Below are positions 50,330 through 64,000 of a DNA stretch of 64,000 nt, in pieces. Position numbers and translations under genes: made by a program. The stretch lies in contig NC_134034.1 of the NCBI RefSeq assembly GCF_964204645.1, forward strand, positions 5,182,914 through 5,246,913, read 5' to 3'. The number at the start of each line of letters is the position of its first letter. Position 1 is the first letter of the stretch. The notes below the pieces were generated by a model. It made no database searches. It saw nothing but the letters and a program-made list of their open reading frames with translations, and was not told where the DNA came from. The DNA comes from Tubulanus polymorphus (lineage: Eukaryota > Animalia > Nemertea).

Positions 50330-50974
50330 TAAAATGTCAGATCACCCGTTATTGCTGCGTTACAGCTTTATTTTATATTTGATTTTTGGAAGGTCCCTGA
50401 TGCAGTCAGTTTGTCTAAGCATCGAAGCAATGCAGTCTAACTAGTTTACGTCTCAGTTGCAGCGTGGTAGCGCGGACATTATATTGCTCACTTAAATCAC
50501 TTACACAGGCCGATGTTTTTCAGTGTGTAATCTCCATCGTACTCAGCATTACAGGGACGATGAGGAATTGAATTTAAGGTACCCGAGCCCTCAACATCAT
50601 TCGAGCAAAAGACCTTAACTGACTTCTCAGAATTTAATTATGAGTCTACTAGTAGGTTTTTCTAAATTGCTGAATGCTTTTTGCTCTTTGAAAATTAGTC
50701 AAATAAATTTTCATTCTATTGAAAGAAATTCTACTGAACACAGATTTTGAAATGTATGATGTGTTTTTTGATTTATCCAGGTGAAATAATTACAGCAAAA
50801 TCAACTGACGACCAACAAAGTGAAGTTTTCATTTATCTTCGGATAATTTGTCTACCCCCCATGATACAAGCATTTTGGCTACACCTTTTGAAACCTCAAC
50901 GCTTCATCTACTCGCGCCAATTAGTCAGCCTCAGTCGATTTTCATGCCATCTTACCTCTCTCCACCTCTGTATG

Positions 50975-50978
<4 letters not shown>

Positions 50979-51022
<44 letters not shown>

Positions 51023-51090
51023 ATATATATACGTACGTACGTACGTACGTACGTACGTACATACATACATACATACATACATACATACAT
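50979..51090. repeat. Compound microsatellite (AT)n(ACGT)n(ATAC)n
   Basis: Directly visible in the sequence. Confidence 0.97.
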
Positions 51091-52842
51091 GGGTGGGTGA
51101 CAGTAAACTGATACGTCAATTCCATAGGCCTTAGTCAGCAGTGTACGTACCTGTTGAACCAAACTCTCCAAGTTTTCACGAGAATTTATAAGCCACATAG
51201 GCTTTTCCTGCTGCTATAAACATCCCTGAAAAATTTGGTCCAGAGCAAGAAAATTCTGGGACAAAATTTCGCAGCAGGAAATTGTTGCCTGGATTATCTT
51301 TGTATTCTTCTTTGAAAAACATTGTAATAAATTGAAGAGGACACACGGATCCACTTAATTTCTATTATCTACAAGTTCTTTTCGCTTTCAGACACAGTAA
51401 CTCACTTAATTCGGATGACATATTGCGCCTGCCCGAATCAAGTACAATCTGAATGATGAATAATAGTTAGCTTACATGGCTCCAGGTTAAATGAACCAAA
51501 TTTTCATCCAAATTAAGCGAAAAAACCCAAATTAAGTGAGTTTTACCGTAATCACATGAAGGATTTTATCGGCGTCCTTCTCTGTAGATTTCATAAACAA
51601 ATAGCGATAGCTGGGGGAAAACGTTATTTCACCCGTATGCTTGCGTGTTCGAATCCCAATTTTCGTGGAAATGTCTTAGAATTTTCCAAAGTCCAGCGCA
51701 TTCTCGCATGCGCATTGCATTAATTTGTGGATGGTTTCAACTTTACACAAATTGCTCCGATTTCTCTGTCTGCGTCCGCCATCTTGGCACACGAACAATC
51801 TTGCACAATCTATAGGCCTTGCGCATGCGCGCTAGACAAAAATTGCAAAACGAGGCTAAAAGCCGGCGACTCGCCGTAGATAGTCGGAGCGTTCCGTCAA
51901 GTGCCGGAGATCAACCGAAATTTTGAGTCAGATCCCCGAAAAAAAAGCGTGAAGTCCGTGATTTATCGGTAATTTGCCGTTTATTGTCGGAATTTGCCGC
52001 TAAAAAAACGGGAATCTCCGAACTCTTTTTAACAGTGTGGCATTGGGATTACTTGCGCTTTCAAAATGCCTGGAGGAACAGGCGTTATAATATTTTTTCG
52101 AATGTATTCCCTCAAGCGACTGACAAACGGTTTCAACATTACTCTCGGCATGATGATTATATAGTCTCGTATAGTTGCAACTGTGAATACACTTATACGC
52201 CAGTAACGGTTTCCTACTGAGCTGCCGAAATAGTATACATTTAACTATTTCCCCGTTTAGATATTAATTTGAAAATGCTGGCTCTCGATAATTGAAATTT
52301 AGGATATAAAATAAGAAAGTTGATGAAAGATGATTAAGATCGATGATGCTGAGGCGATTTTGGACACTCAAATTTGTTGTCACGAACACTAGGTGACTGC
52401 ATGGCCCTTACCCATCAATATAAAAAGATCGATTAGTATATGGTGGAAGCTAAAAAAAAGTGGATCAGAAAAGGTTTCGGTGACCTGGGGCTTGCTGAGA
52501 CCTCAAAATGTGTATACATACATTTTCGTGACCCTTAAGTTGACCCCCAACCAAAATATTTGTCCAATGATTGCCTATCCAAACGTGTGGAAGACCATGT
52601 TGTGCGAATCGATCCTCGTATAGTACACGCTAACTTTCCAATTAACGTTGACACCCACCATTCGAAATCGTGGTTTGTTACTACGATTTTGATTATTTGG
52701 TGATCAAAATGTCCCGTGGTCTCCTCTATGATACGCAGACGTGTCATAGGATATACTCATTCTGAGTTTATGTAAGGGGTCGAATATCTGTTTATGTGAG
52801 GAAAATGAACAGAATGAAAATCTGCATTTTTCATTCCTCATA

Positions 52843-55755
52843 TAGTCGAGTGGGGAAAAGTGGAACAGCTAACTAGATATTCAAATATGGTGGCAACACC
52901 GCATGAGATATTATGGCGAGTTTTGCTGAGGACGATGCTATATCATATTCTTAAACTTTGAAATGCAACAAGGTCACACATCTGGTATACCCTAGCAACC
53001 AGGTCCCCCTGGAGTAGAGTACCGCAATTGTCCCACTTTACCCCACTGGGGGGGGGGGGGGGGAATGTGGGACAGGTCTATAAATTCATAAATTGGTTAA
53101 ACTGCTTTTATTTTGACAGAAAATAATTGACTTGACAAAATCATACCAAGGTTTTAGGTTTGAAAAGAGAATTCCATATTACATAATCAAAATAGTGCCT
53201 TTAAATTGTAAGATTACACATTTATAACTACTTAGCACACTCTTCACAGATGAAATCATACATAGATTTACCAAAAACCCCAAGATGGGGTGGAAGCCTT
53301 ATACCCTTATAAATAACAGTAGGTGGGACAAAGTCCCCAGCTGCATTGCAGCAAATCATTATTGTTATCAGTATGCCTCTTTCACCTGAAGTTATTTGGT
53401 TAGAATCCTTCTTACCCTTCTTACCTACAATTTATTTTACCCCCGGTACAAGACTTTAACCAGACTCGTCGGTGTTGTCATATCGCGGAAAGACGGAATC
53501 GCGGAATTTTCCAAAAACGCGGAATTTCTTCATTTTTACTTTAAATAGAAAACGGGTTTTCCCACGGGGATACCCACTGTCGGACAGGGCACCGGACCGA
53601 TTGATGCAACGAGTTAGGTTCGAGTCCCATTATTTGCAGGCAATTTTATATGGAATTATTATATTACGATACCGTTGACTGGCTGCCACCTGTAGAAGAA
53701 GTCAGAATCAAGTGGGGTGAAAGAGACCAGGCACCTAATGTCTATTTCTACTGGGCAAACTTCGGTTATCGAAGTTCATCGACTTTTTGAGAACTTCAGA
53801 AACGAATATTATCAGATAAATATTGAGCACGTTCGCAGTGTCGGACCGTAGTTGTAGATGGTTGCAAACATGAAATCCTACGACCAAACAAGTACCGGTT
53901 CAAATTCCTTCGTCAAATTCGTCCAGTACCGGTACCAATAAGATTCTTTTGATCCAAATAATCAGCATAGGAACATATATGTTATAGCAGTCACAAAGAA
54001 AACATTTAAAAAAACGAAACCATTTTATAATCTTTCATATCATTTAATTCTAAAAGATAAACCACATTCGCTTATAACAACAATGTAGACACACAACACG
54101 CATGAACAATCCTAAGCCAGAATGAAATATACATAATGTCTATTTATTTTCGTCTGACATCGATCCAGTTCCACAGTTGTGAGTTAACTCTGAGTTACTT
54201 AGAATCAATTCATTTCCAATGTTTTAAATCCAGAGACCAGAGTCAAATCTTGGAGAATGACCCATGGTGTCATCACAAATCCTACGTTTACGTACCATTG
54301 ATTTGTATTCCTTCAGTTAATGCAGTGATACTCTGTATCACTGAATTCGCAAAGCACGTATTGCCTAGGTTCTACATTATTTGGAACAGTATCGTTAAGT
54401 TGTTGACTGGCGATATAATAAATTATCAAATACTAATTCCCGGTGTTGAAAACCTGGGTCCGATGCCCTGTCCGACAGTGGGTATCCCCGTGGAAAAACC
54501 CGTTTACTATTTATAGTTAAAATGAAGAAATTCCGCGTTTTTGGAAAATTCCGCGATTCCGTCTTTCCGCGATATGACAACACCGCCAGACTCGTCTATG
54601 TTATATACCGTGCTTGGATTCCCAAAAACCTTAGCTTGAGCATAAACAGTGTCCAGAAGCTTAAAGAACTGTTCTACAAGGGGCTTATTCATGTATTGCC
54701 CTTGCAATTGACAAACCCTGAGGTTTGCGAATCGTTACATCAGGATTTCGTTTCTTGAATCCAGTCCACCAATCATCTGTCGCTTTTTCACCACGAAACA
54801 TATTTTCGATTCCAAATCTGTTCATGAATTGAATTGAATGTTAAATCTAGAACATCTTGTTTGGTTAGAGGAAAAACCCAGTCCTCGAACTCAAATATAT
54901 ACTTCACTAAATCATTCTCTCGTTGTATTGTCAATAATCCATCTCTTCCAAGTTTTTTAGATCCAGCTACTTTCTTCACATTTCCTGTTGCATGACGCTG
55001 CAATGTAGAACGCGGGACCTTGAACATGTCTGCAGCCTCCCTGTATGACATATGCCCATCTTTACAACTGACAATGGCCATTTTCATATCATCTTCATCC
55101 CAGTTAACTAGGCATCTTTGCTGTAATTAAATTCGAATTTAATTAGAAATATGGTAATGGGGGAAAGTGGGACACCTAGAAATATCCATCAAATAATTTA
55201 TTTCTATTAATAACCTATTTCAAAAATATACGATTCATTAACTGATTCATGTTGGAAACTTTGTTTTGCTTTAAACATTGAATGCGGATAAGAAGCATTT
55301 GCTGACAAGTTTTTTTCAATTAAACAATGTACGCCCCATATTTGAGCATTGGCCCTCACAGGGCACCATACATATGCAACCCATGCTGTAGAAGAGCCAT
55401 GCATAGATAATCAGTACTAGAGTGCTGTTGCATACAGTTGACATGTATTACAATGCTTATAAAGCACATTTTAAATTTAAAATCATTGTAAGGTACGTGT
55501 AATATTTTTCTAAAGATGTTATACTTACTATAGGTACAATTTCCAGGGTCCTAAAATGAGGCTCTGTGGTGCAAATCGACTGAAATGATTTTTTCGTGTA
55601 CAGCAAAAAGTTTTCAACTTGTAACACGTCTACGGTGATGCACAAGTACATTCTGTGTGTTAGTTATACTAACTGCTTCAAGATGTCAGCACCAGCTAGT
55701 CTCAAAGTGAACCTGTCCCACATTCCCCCGTGTCCCACTTTCCCCCACCCTACTA
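52843..55755 (-). mobile_element. pogo-type transposon, deletion derivative
   Basis: TA|TAGTCGAGTGGGGAAAAGTGGAACA ... TGTCCCACTTTCCCCCACCCTACTA|TA. psq HTH (MSYREAADMFKVPRSTLQR) and VYNIDESG motif; the remainder of the DDE domain is absent. Confidence 0.85.
53470..54585 (-). mobile_element. Mutator-type non-autonomous element, copy 2 (USP Cys-box fragment at 54296-54377, minus)
   Basis: Same TIRs and interior as 6506-7652, inverted. 10-bp TSD CCAGACTCGT at 53460-53469 and 54586-54595. Confidence 0.9.
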
Positions 55756-56479
55756 TATAATAGATTACTGGTAAAATGTAATATCATCTGAGATATTATC
55801 AATTCTTCTTACAGAATACCGATTGAATATATTTTAAGAATAATTCTACCATTACTCTGAAGCAGGATGCAGGGCGCATGTTTTGTAGGGCCACGTGCAT
55901 TTTACTTATTTGATTTTGCGTAAGAAGTAAATTCATCTAATTTAGATTATGCTTTCTTTAATTTAGGAGAATTCTATCATTACTCTTGGGTAGGATGCGA
56001 GAAAAACATCGTGAAGTGTCGACAAGCAACACACCTTATACCAAACTTACCATTCTTTATGAAAATTAGTTACATTTTACAAGAATTCCGACTTAGTCGA
56101 TGAGCATAACCACCCTGCAGTCTCATCAGCAGATAATATAACACTCAACTACGAACACTGATACTTTGGGATCTCTCATACATCTGCACTAAAGCCTCAA
56201 AATAGCCAGGAAGGAGAGTCAGTATGTACTGCCACCAAAATAAACACAACCAATTGCAATACGTGTGTACTATAGATAAACAAAGTAATAGTAAACATCG
56301 CGACGTGCTTGTTCAATCCAGCCAAAAGTTGAAGTATTTACATTTGATTTAAGATAAGATAATCCGTAAGCTAATCCATAAAATAGAATCATTTTGAAAG
56401 CTATTCACTTAGGTGCGTTGCTAGGCTCTCCTCATTTTCACTACATGCTTCCGTTTCACTATCGTCTCCTCCATTTGAT

Positions 56480-57140
56480 ACATCCATCTCATTCTGAATT
56501 ACTCGATTCTGAACATTCGGCATCAGCACCTATATGATATTCCTCTCTATTTGTAAGTCAAATAATTTATGTATATCCCAAAATTCGTTTGCCACCTTCA
56601 CAACATGATTTACAAGCTTTTTCCCAATCCCTAGCTGTAACCTTTCAAAACCTTCATCGCACAATGGTAATAGGTTTTTCATTTTAAAAGTAACATTGTG
56701 ACTTGCAACATAGCCTTTAATTCGCGGTCAAATCAATTCTATGGGATTAACATTACGGTGGTATGGAGGGAGTCTCAAGATTGCATGTCCATGTTCTGCG
56801 GCGATGGGTATCAATTTTAAATTTTGGAAATGGTGGAAGATTTTTTTTGAATGATTGTCCAAAGCTCGGCACGAAGATCTTTTTCATTGAAGATATTTCC
56901 TATTTCTTTAACCACCCGACCATCTATTATTTGGGTGATTTTTTGTTGGTGCCTTCTTTATCCAAACAACACTGTGGACCTGGTAACGACAATGAATCGC
57001 CGGTCGACGAGAGTCCACCAGCCACTGATATCTGCGTTATTAAAGAATTGGGCAGAATGGTGGAAGTTTTTCAGTGAACCATTTCTCGGAAGTTTTTAGC
57101 ATGCATTTCATTTCTGGTCACCACCTGTCTTCAACTTCGA
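56480..57140 (-). pseudogene. Tc1/mariner (Sailor/DD82E-like) transposase C-terminal fragment
   Basis: EMHAKNF..WFTEKL, WL...FNEKDLRAELW and KID.IAAEHGHAILRLPPYHRNVNPIELI..IKGYVASHNVTFK, with many frameshifts. The second Asp region is disrupted, so the family spacing cannot be counted. Confidence 0.7.
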
Positions 57141-57328
57141 TAGGCCTTTGGTCATAAGGATTACTTTGGATATTTCTTGATTATCTCTTGGGAGGCCTCC
57201 ATTCTCCTTCCAGAAGCATGCTCTGCTTACTTCCTCTTTTTTGGGGGGCAGCACCGTCTGGTACTATCTTAAAATTACTTTGCTTCTTAACTTAAAAACT
57301 AACTAACTTAGAGCTACGGGAACATACT

Positions 57329-59694
57329 CGGTTCCTGAACTTCGCTGAAAAAGCTGAAACACTGAAAAGCTGAAACGCTGAAATAAAAACGCTGAAATTT
57401 CAGGGAATTTCCGAAAAACGCCGAAATTTCAGGGAATTCCCGAAAAACGCATAAATCGTGCTAGGTACCGACAATACACGTTTTGAAATGTTTTCCGGGC
57501 CGATGTCCGCTGACGAGTCCTGAACCGTGTTTTATGCTCTACCTTCGGTTACAGAGACATGCCTTAAGGTCGTCGTCATGATCGACTTGATCGATTGCGG
57601 ATTGCGTGGATTGTTAGATGTGTTTTTTTGCCATAGTTTTATGTGCATATACCGGTACGATCTAACAATGAAGTTATCACTTCATTTGAATAAATTCTTA
57701 ATCACAGTAATATTAATTCACAATATTTTTTCTTATGTTTGGTGATTTCTTGCAACTTATCATTGCCAAGACTCATACAGGTTGTAGCTGAATGAAAGTA
57801 CAGTTAGGCTGAACCTGATAACCCAAATTAAGTGCTAGCATGGAACTAATGATTATTTTGATTCTATTTTCGGTGTCATTGAAATTCGTTAATAAAGGTT
57901 CAACCGTCATAGTATACTGTGCTTAGCATTGCTACAATTGGGTGCCATATTTCTACAAGGAGGAAGGAATCTTTAAGTGTCTTTGTTCCCGGGTAGGGTA
58001 CGGGGTAAAACCTGGTTTACTTTCTCTTTCGACTTGCCGGAGACTACTATCTGCAATGTATTGCATGCTTTGATGTGTCTGGCCTATAGGAGTCGAACGA
58101 TATTTTTTCCCATACACAGGCTTGGCTTTAGTGTAGATGAAGGCTAGGCACTGCACATTGTGGATTGACTGGAACTCTTAACTCACAAAATTAAACGAGT
58201 CAACAAGAAAGATCCAATAATTGGACATTTGTCTAACTATATTATTTGACAGCTTGAAATAATACATAACACATTCTGCAAGAGTATACAAAGGAAATCA
58301 GTTCTTACATTATATCAGAATCAATAGTTCGCTTAACTCTGGCTAGAATTCTGGTTTCATTGCTTCATATTCTAATGAAATCCACTAGTATACCTTAGAA
58401 TATCGCTTAGCTTAAGACTAAAAATTTGGTACCAGGAAACAGGGAAGAAAAGTGGGTGTACTGTACATCCGCAATTGACTTATTTCTCTCTGGTTGAATC
58501 AAGTTATTATTGAAATAGCATTCGAATAGCCATTTTATTTTTAAAAATTGTGTCGTTCAGCTATCCTGCTGCAAATTTCGCAGTCGAAGTTTACTGGTGC
58601 CATCTGATTTCTCAGTATCTCAAAAAATTTGCACATTCTAAGCCTGAATCTAAAAATAGAAAAAGGTGCATTTTAGTTGGATATAAAAGAATAGTGGCTA
58701 ATACACCCTGGACTATATAGCCCATGGGGTGGGCCTAGTTTGAAAGCACTGAGGTCCGAGAGAACAGCACTTAATAACAGTAAATAAATACTGAAATTAA
58801 ACTTACAAAACACCCAGTACTTGAGATGATGTACTTGACAAGAAGTGTCACCAGCTAAGCAAATCAACTTTGTCTATGACTCCTCCTTTTATAGATTCAG
58901 TAGTAGTCTAAAAATAAGAATCGGTACATTTTTCTAACAGTTGGTATGTCATTTCTTCAAAAAAACTAATTATTATCACGCCACAGCAAATAAATTATTC
59001 ACAGTTGTTGAATGGTTAGCCCGATTTAGATTAATTGGTTGACGCTAACCAGTATGACCCATACGTAGGGGCCTACTGCATGCCATTGGCGTCAATCCAT
59101 TCCATTCCATTCCACAGTGAATTAAAAAGAAATTTAGTTAGATCCCTTTTGTCCAAAAGCTGCATCATTTATATAACTAGCTGTCAAATTTAATTTACCT
59201 CCTTCAGAGAATACCATAGTGACATAGTCCGTCGCCCATCAACGTGTTGACAAAAGAAAAGTTGCTCCATGTTTTATACATGAACGTTCAAATAAGATAT
59301 TTTGCGTCTTGCAGGGAATATTGAGCATAGTGTTTAAGTTGGCTTGCACGGTTTGTGAATGGGTTTTCCTCATTATGCTGCCTGTATGCATTAAAAATCC
59401 GGATTTCAAGCGAATTAATTTGTCCAACAAGTGGCCCTCTAGAAGTATACTCCACACATACTGTCCATGCATGTCTCTGTAACCGAAGGTAGAGACTAAA
59501 ACACGGTTCAGGACTCGGCAGCGGACACCGGCCCGGAAAATATTTCAAAACGTGTATTGTTGGTACCTAGCACGATTTCAGCGTTTCTCGGGAATTCCCT
59601 GAAATTTCGGCGTTTTTCGGAAATTCCCTGAAATTTCAGCGTTTTTATTTCAGCGTTTCAGTGATTCAGCTTTTTCAGCGAAGTTCAGGAACCG
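57329..59694. mobile_element. Mutator-type non-autonomous element with ~230-bp TIRs
   Basis: CGGTTCCTGAACTTCGCTGAAAAAGCTG ... CAGCGAAGTTCAGGAACCG, with repeated GCTGAAA motifs in the TIRs. 10-bp TSD GGAACATACT at 57319-57328 and 59695-59704. Confidence 0.92.
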
Positions 59695-59890
59695 GGAACA
59701 TACTCCCCTCTGGAAATTTACAGAACTTAACATGTTCGCCCTAAATTTTCACTCTAATTTTAATTACAGCATATTAACCTTAATCTTAAAACTATTTATC
59801 TCCCCTCATTCGAGAATCGTCAGGTTATCATATAAATTCATGAACTTAGAAAACATATACATAGTCTATGGTTGTATAATCAATTTAAAT

Positions 59891-62800
59891 TTAGACTCCT
59901 TCAAGAAGCCTGAGACGTTGAACTGATCTCCTAATCAACCCAGACTTAGTTCTTAATGTAACAGATCTAACCAGTCCGTCACGACCTGGATGTACTTCAA
60001 CAATTCTACCCATTGGCCACTCCATCTTCTTCTTACTGTCGTCTGTGATCAACACCACATCTCCAACCTTGGCATTTCCCTGTTCTTCAAACCATTTTGT
60101 TCTTATGTTGAGACCTGCAACATATTCTTTATGCCACCGGTTCCAAAAAAGTTTCGAAAGTTTCTGTGAAAGCTGCCATCTTTTATCCAAACCCATCTTC
60201 TGTGTGATTGAATCATCATCAGGAATACACTGTAAGTTCCTCCCAACAGTCAAATGACCTGGCGTGATCGGCAGTGGATCTTTGTGATCAGACGAAACGC
60301 TTAGAAGTGGTCTCGAGTTCACTTGAGCTTCAATAATAGTGAGAACTGTCTGAAGTTCTGATACAGATAATCTTGCTTTTCCCAAAACTCTTCGTAGAGG
60401 CACTTTGACGTTCTTTACGAGGCGCTCATAAAAACCGCCAACCCACAGAGATCTCGGAGGAATGAATTTCCATTTTATTCCCTCATGGTGACTATCACGA
60501 ATTTTCTTCTTGTTCCGTGGACTGTACAGTATAGTAAGGACTTCAGATGCCTTCTTGAAGGTCTTCGCATTATCAGAGTAAATTGTATTTGCCTTTCCTC
60601 TCCGATTCATCATCCGTCTTACAGCGGCTAGAAAATCATTGGTATTCAGACTTTCTACCAACTCTAGATGACATGCTCTGGTAGCCATGCAAGTAAATAA
60701 TGCAATATACGTCTTGATGTCCTTATTTCTTGACTTCTTGGCATAGAGTGGACCAGCAAAATCTACACCAACACAGCTGAAGGGCAATGAGACTTTAACT
60801 CTTTCAGCAGGTTAGCGACCCATCTTTTGCTTCATTGGTTCAGGCTCTCGACATTCACATTTGTATAGAATGCGACTAACTTCTTTTCTACCACGCAGTA
60901 TCCAGTACTTGGTACGTAAACTTGCTCGAGTCTGCTCAACACCAGTATGACTATCACGTCGATGATGTCGGATAACAAGTTTTTCAACCAGTTCATTCTT
61001 ACATGGCAACACTATCGGATGAATAGTTTCTTCTGGCAACAAAGCTTCCTGGATACGACCACCGACTCTAATTAAACCATCTTCATCTAGGAATGGATCT
61101 AGCTGTTTGAGTCTACTGGATCTCGGTAACTGACGACCTTCCTGTAGAGCCTTAATTTCACCTGGAAATTCTTTGCTTTTAACCCATTTAAGCCAGAACT
61201 TTTCTTCTTGTTTCCATAAGTCCAACTTACATTCTTCACTGGATACAGCCGATTTCTGTTTGCTAAACAATGATCTAGCACGTGACATAGCTCGTATGAA
61301 TCTGAAGTGTGAACTGAACAACTTTGTATAATACAACAATGGATCTTCTTCATCACAAGAGCCTTCAATCTTCTTATCCTGTGACGTTGAGCTAGTTTTC
61401 TTTTCATTCCTCTGAATACTGTCTGACTCATCATCTTGAATCTTTGAATCATTAACACCAGCAATTTGTAGAACTGGTACTGGAAATGATTTTGACTTCT
61501 TCTTCAAAGCTGTTTCAACAGCTGTCTGAGTAGTTATGTTGTCCTGCAATGGCCAATTATCTTTAGACTTCCTCAAGAATTCAGGACCATACCACCACTT
61601 CTCAGATTTAATAAGTTCGGAGGCACTGCATCCTCTTGAGCATAAGTCAGCTGGATTTTCAACACCAGGAACATGCTTCCAATTTGATGGAGGTACAATT
61701 CCATGTATTTCAGATACTCGCCGACCAACAAATGCTTGCCAGGTTACCCTGGTTTGCGTAGCCATTCTAGAACAACTTTAGAGTCTGTCCAACGGTAAAC
61801 ATCTTCAAAGTTTAACTTCAATTGAGATTTTATGTAGTCCACCAATCTGGCATTAATAAGTGCAGCCATGAGCTCTAACTCTGGAATGCTACGTCTTGAT
61901 TTTAACGGTGATACTCTAGTCTTTGAGCATATCAATTCACAGTGTCGATTACCAGTTGACCGATCTTCTATAACCAAATATACACACGCACCATAGGCTG
62001 CTTCATAGGCGTCTCCAAACCCCATCAGAGTATATACAGGATCAGTCACATCTTCTGGAATCAAACACCGTTTAAGTCTTATTTCTTCTAATAATGGGAG
62101 GTCGTTCACCCATTTTGACCACGGTACTTGTAATTCTTCACTGAGTGGATCATCCCAACCAGGAACTTGAACCCATGACTTCTGAAATATCATCTTACCA
62201 CGTACAGTAAATGGTGACAAAAAAACCTGTTGGATCAAACAGTCGATTTAACGTACTCAAAACAGTGCGACGTGTGTCAATACCATTTTCAACATTAACA
62301 TTACTAATACCAAACATCAAAACATCATCTTAACTCACCATCATCACTTAACTCCCAGTGCCTTGGTAACCGCTCCATTATCAGTTATTTCCATGTGGTA
62401 TGAAGCAAGATCTTCTTCTTTCATCCCTTTGAGACATTCTGGTTTGTTGGATATAAACTTTCTTAAAGGAAACCCTCCTTCAGTCATCATAGCCTTCATG
62501 TCTGAAGCCAGTGAAGCAGTGTCGTTAACAGAATCTGCTCCGGAGATTACATCATCAACAAAAATATTTTCCTTTATTTCAGAACATGCCTTGGGGTAAC
62601 GATCTTTGCAACTTTCAACATGATCCATCACAGTTTTAATACTTGAAAAGGCGACGACTTAATACCAAATACCACACGTGTCATTCTATAGATTTTCGGT
62701 GGTTCATCCGTCTTCAAATCTCTCCATAGAAAACGTAGACTATCTCTGTCTCTTTCATTAATCCCGATTTGATGGAACATTTTTTCAATGTCAGCAATTA

Positions 62801-63357
62801 ACGCAACCTTGTGTTGGCGAAATCGTATAAGAATTGCTAGTATGTCCGGCTGGAGTGCTGGACCAGGAATCAGAGTGTCATTAATGGAAATTCCTTCAGG
62901 ACCCTTCGACGCACCATCATTCACTATTCTGGTTTTAGTTGTAGTACTGCTTTTCTTGAGAACAGGATGGTGAGGAAGATACCATACAGTACGTCCATCA
63001 GTTGGTTCCTCATCTTCGATAACTAATTCTGCTCTTCCAGAAAGAATCAGGTCATCAATTTGCTCTTTGTACTGTGATGCTAACTCTGGATCCCCTTTTA
63101 ATCTTCTTTCAATTCCATACAGACGATTCTCAGCAATTACTCGATTAGACTTTAACTTGCGATCTTTCCAATCAGGATGTTTGAGTAAACCAGTCTCGTA
63201 TCTACCATCTTTAAAAACAGTTTTTTCTTCATGTTGCTTTAAAGCATCAGTCTCCAAAATAGTAAACTTGGAACTTATTCCACGCGGTAATATACCAATA
63301 CGTTCCAGCTCCCAATGCTTGACCGCTATCTCAGTCGGATCTGTTATATCTACTCTT
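59891..63357 (-). pseudogene. BEL/Pao LTR retrotransposon pol (RT, RNase H, integrase), 5'-truncated and frameshifted
   Basis: WELERIGI, YLPHHPV, PGPAL, ADIEKMF, FVDD, FGDA..AYG, SIPELEL, WTDS, NPADLCSRG, GVDFAGP, SDNAKTF, FYERLV and VHPGRDGLVR. PPT GAGGGGAG at about 59703-59710 on the minus strand. Confidence 0.95.
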
Positions 63358-63360
63358 CTA

Positions 63361-63569
63361 TGGAACGCGATTCATGCAATAAACATGACCATTGTTACGA
63401 CGTAGGATAATTGCTGCGCCGTAGTATATTTGCGTCGGTGTATATTTTCTCCGACGTAGGATAATTGCTGCACCGTAGTATATTTGCGACGTGTCTACTT
63501 TTCATCGCATCTATTTCGCTGCGACGTGGGTAGTTTGTAACGACGTAGCTTATTTACGTGAAGGTTCCA
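63361..63569. repeat. Small repeat-rich MITE-like segment
   Basis: TA|TGGAAC ... GTTCCA|TA ends; internal duplicated CGACGTAGGATAATTGCTGC(G/A)CCGTAGTATATTTGCG units. Confidence 0.45.
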
Positions 63570-64000
63570 TAGTTCACCGTATGGTGGCGCCACGGTATTA
63601 TATATTCAATAAAGTTAGAATTTAATTGAATCATATCGCTCTTTTCGACGCAACACTCAGGGATTCCCCATGGTCCATTCCCCATTGCTTGTTGAGCAAA
63701 TGGCATCAGACCACAATTAGGTACCTAAAATGAAAAAGAGGTCCTCCATAAATGTTGCCATAATTCTGCAAATGGGATAGGTAACGAATTTCGGTTATAT
63801 GTATGAAATCCATTGGTCCTGAGAGACAGATTGATGATGAAATAAGGGATTCCCTGGACTTTTCTTGCTTGGAGTAAGGGTACCAAACCCGGTGGGGCAT
63901 TCCCTTCTATATTCGGTCCAGATGTACTGGCATACCTGTACTGGGATACCCCTCCTTTCTAAAGGTTTGATTATTTCAAAAGTTAGGTTGGGTACATGGG

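Noticed and set aside
50747-51198. ORFs with YIYI/RTYV repeats
   Set aside because: Artefacts of the microsatellite.
15590-51660. Scattered GTTCGAATCC B-box motifs (about 15597, 17715, 18085, 47867, 51647) as tRNA genes
   Set aside because: No cloverleaf could be built; at most decayed SINE heads.

Overview
AT-rich eukaryotic genomic DNA, most likely from an invertebrate animal. The window is almost entirely nested, mostly decayed transposable elements, many with GT-AG spliceosomal introns, and I found no conventional host gene. Contents: three pogo-type transposase elements (two with a readable DD35D triad, one of these with a C-terminal PHD finger); CR1-group LINE fragments; a complete Harbinger element (transposase plus Myb gene); four Mutator-type non-autonomous elements with 9-10 bp TSDs; a four-level nest (piggyBac-like MITE > hAT with 5-bp TSD > Harbinger MITE > LINE); a hATx-like element with 6-bp TSD; Gypsy and BEL/Pao pol remnants; EnSpm-like and Tc1/Sailor-like fragments; and a young non-autonomous LTR element. 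Most notable: (1) a spliced RAG1/Transib/Chapaev-fold transposase gene (42.5-48.7 kb, minus) with an NBD-like region and a PHD finger embedded between its catalytic residues; (2) a two-copy Mutator-type element carrying a ubiquitin-specific-protease Cys-box exon; (3) a hidden zinc-finger ORF downstream of Gypsy pol whose start codon is restored only after removing a hATx insertion. All family assignments come from motifs and TIR/TSD reading by eye; no database searches were run.
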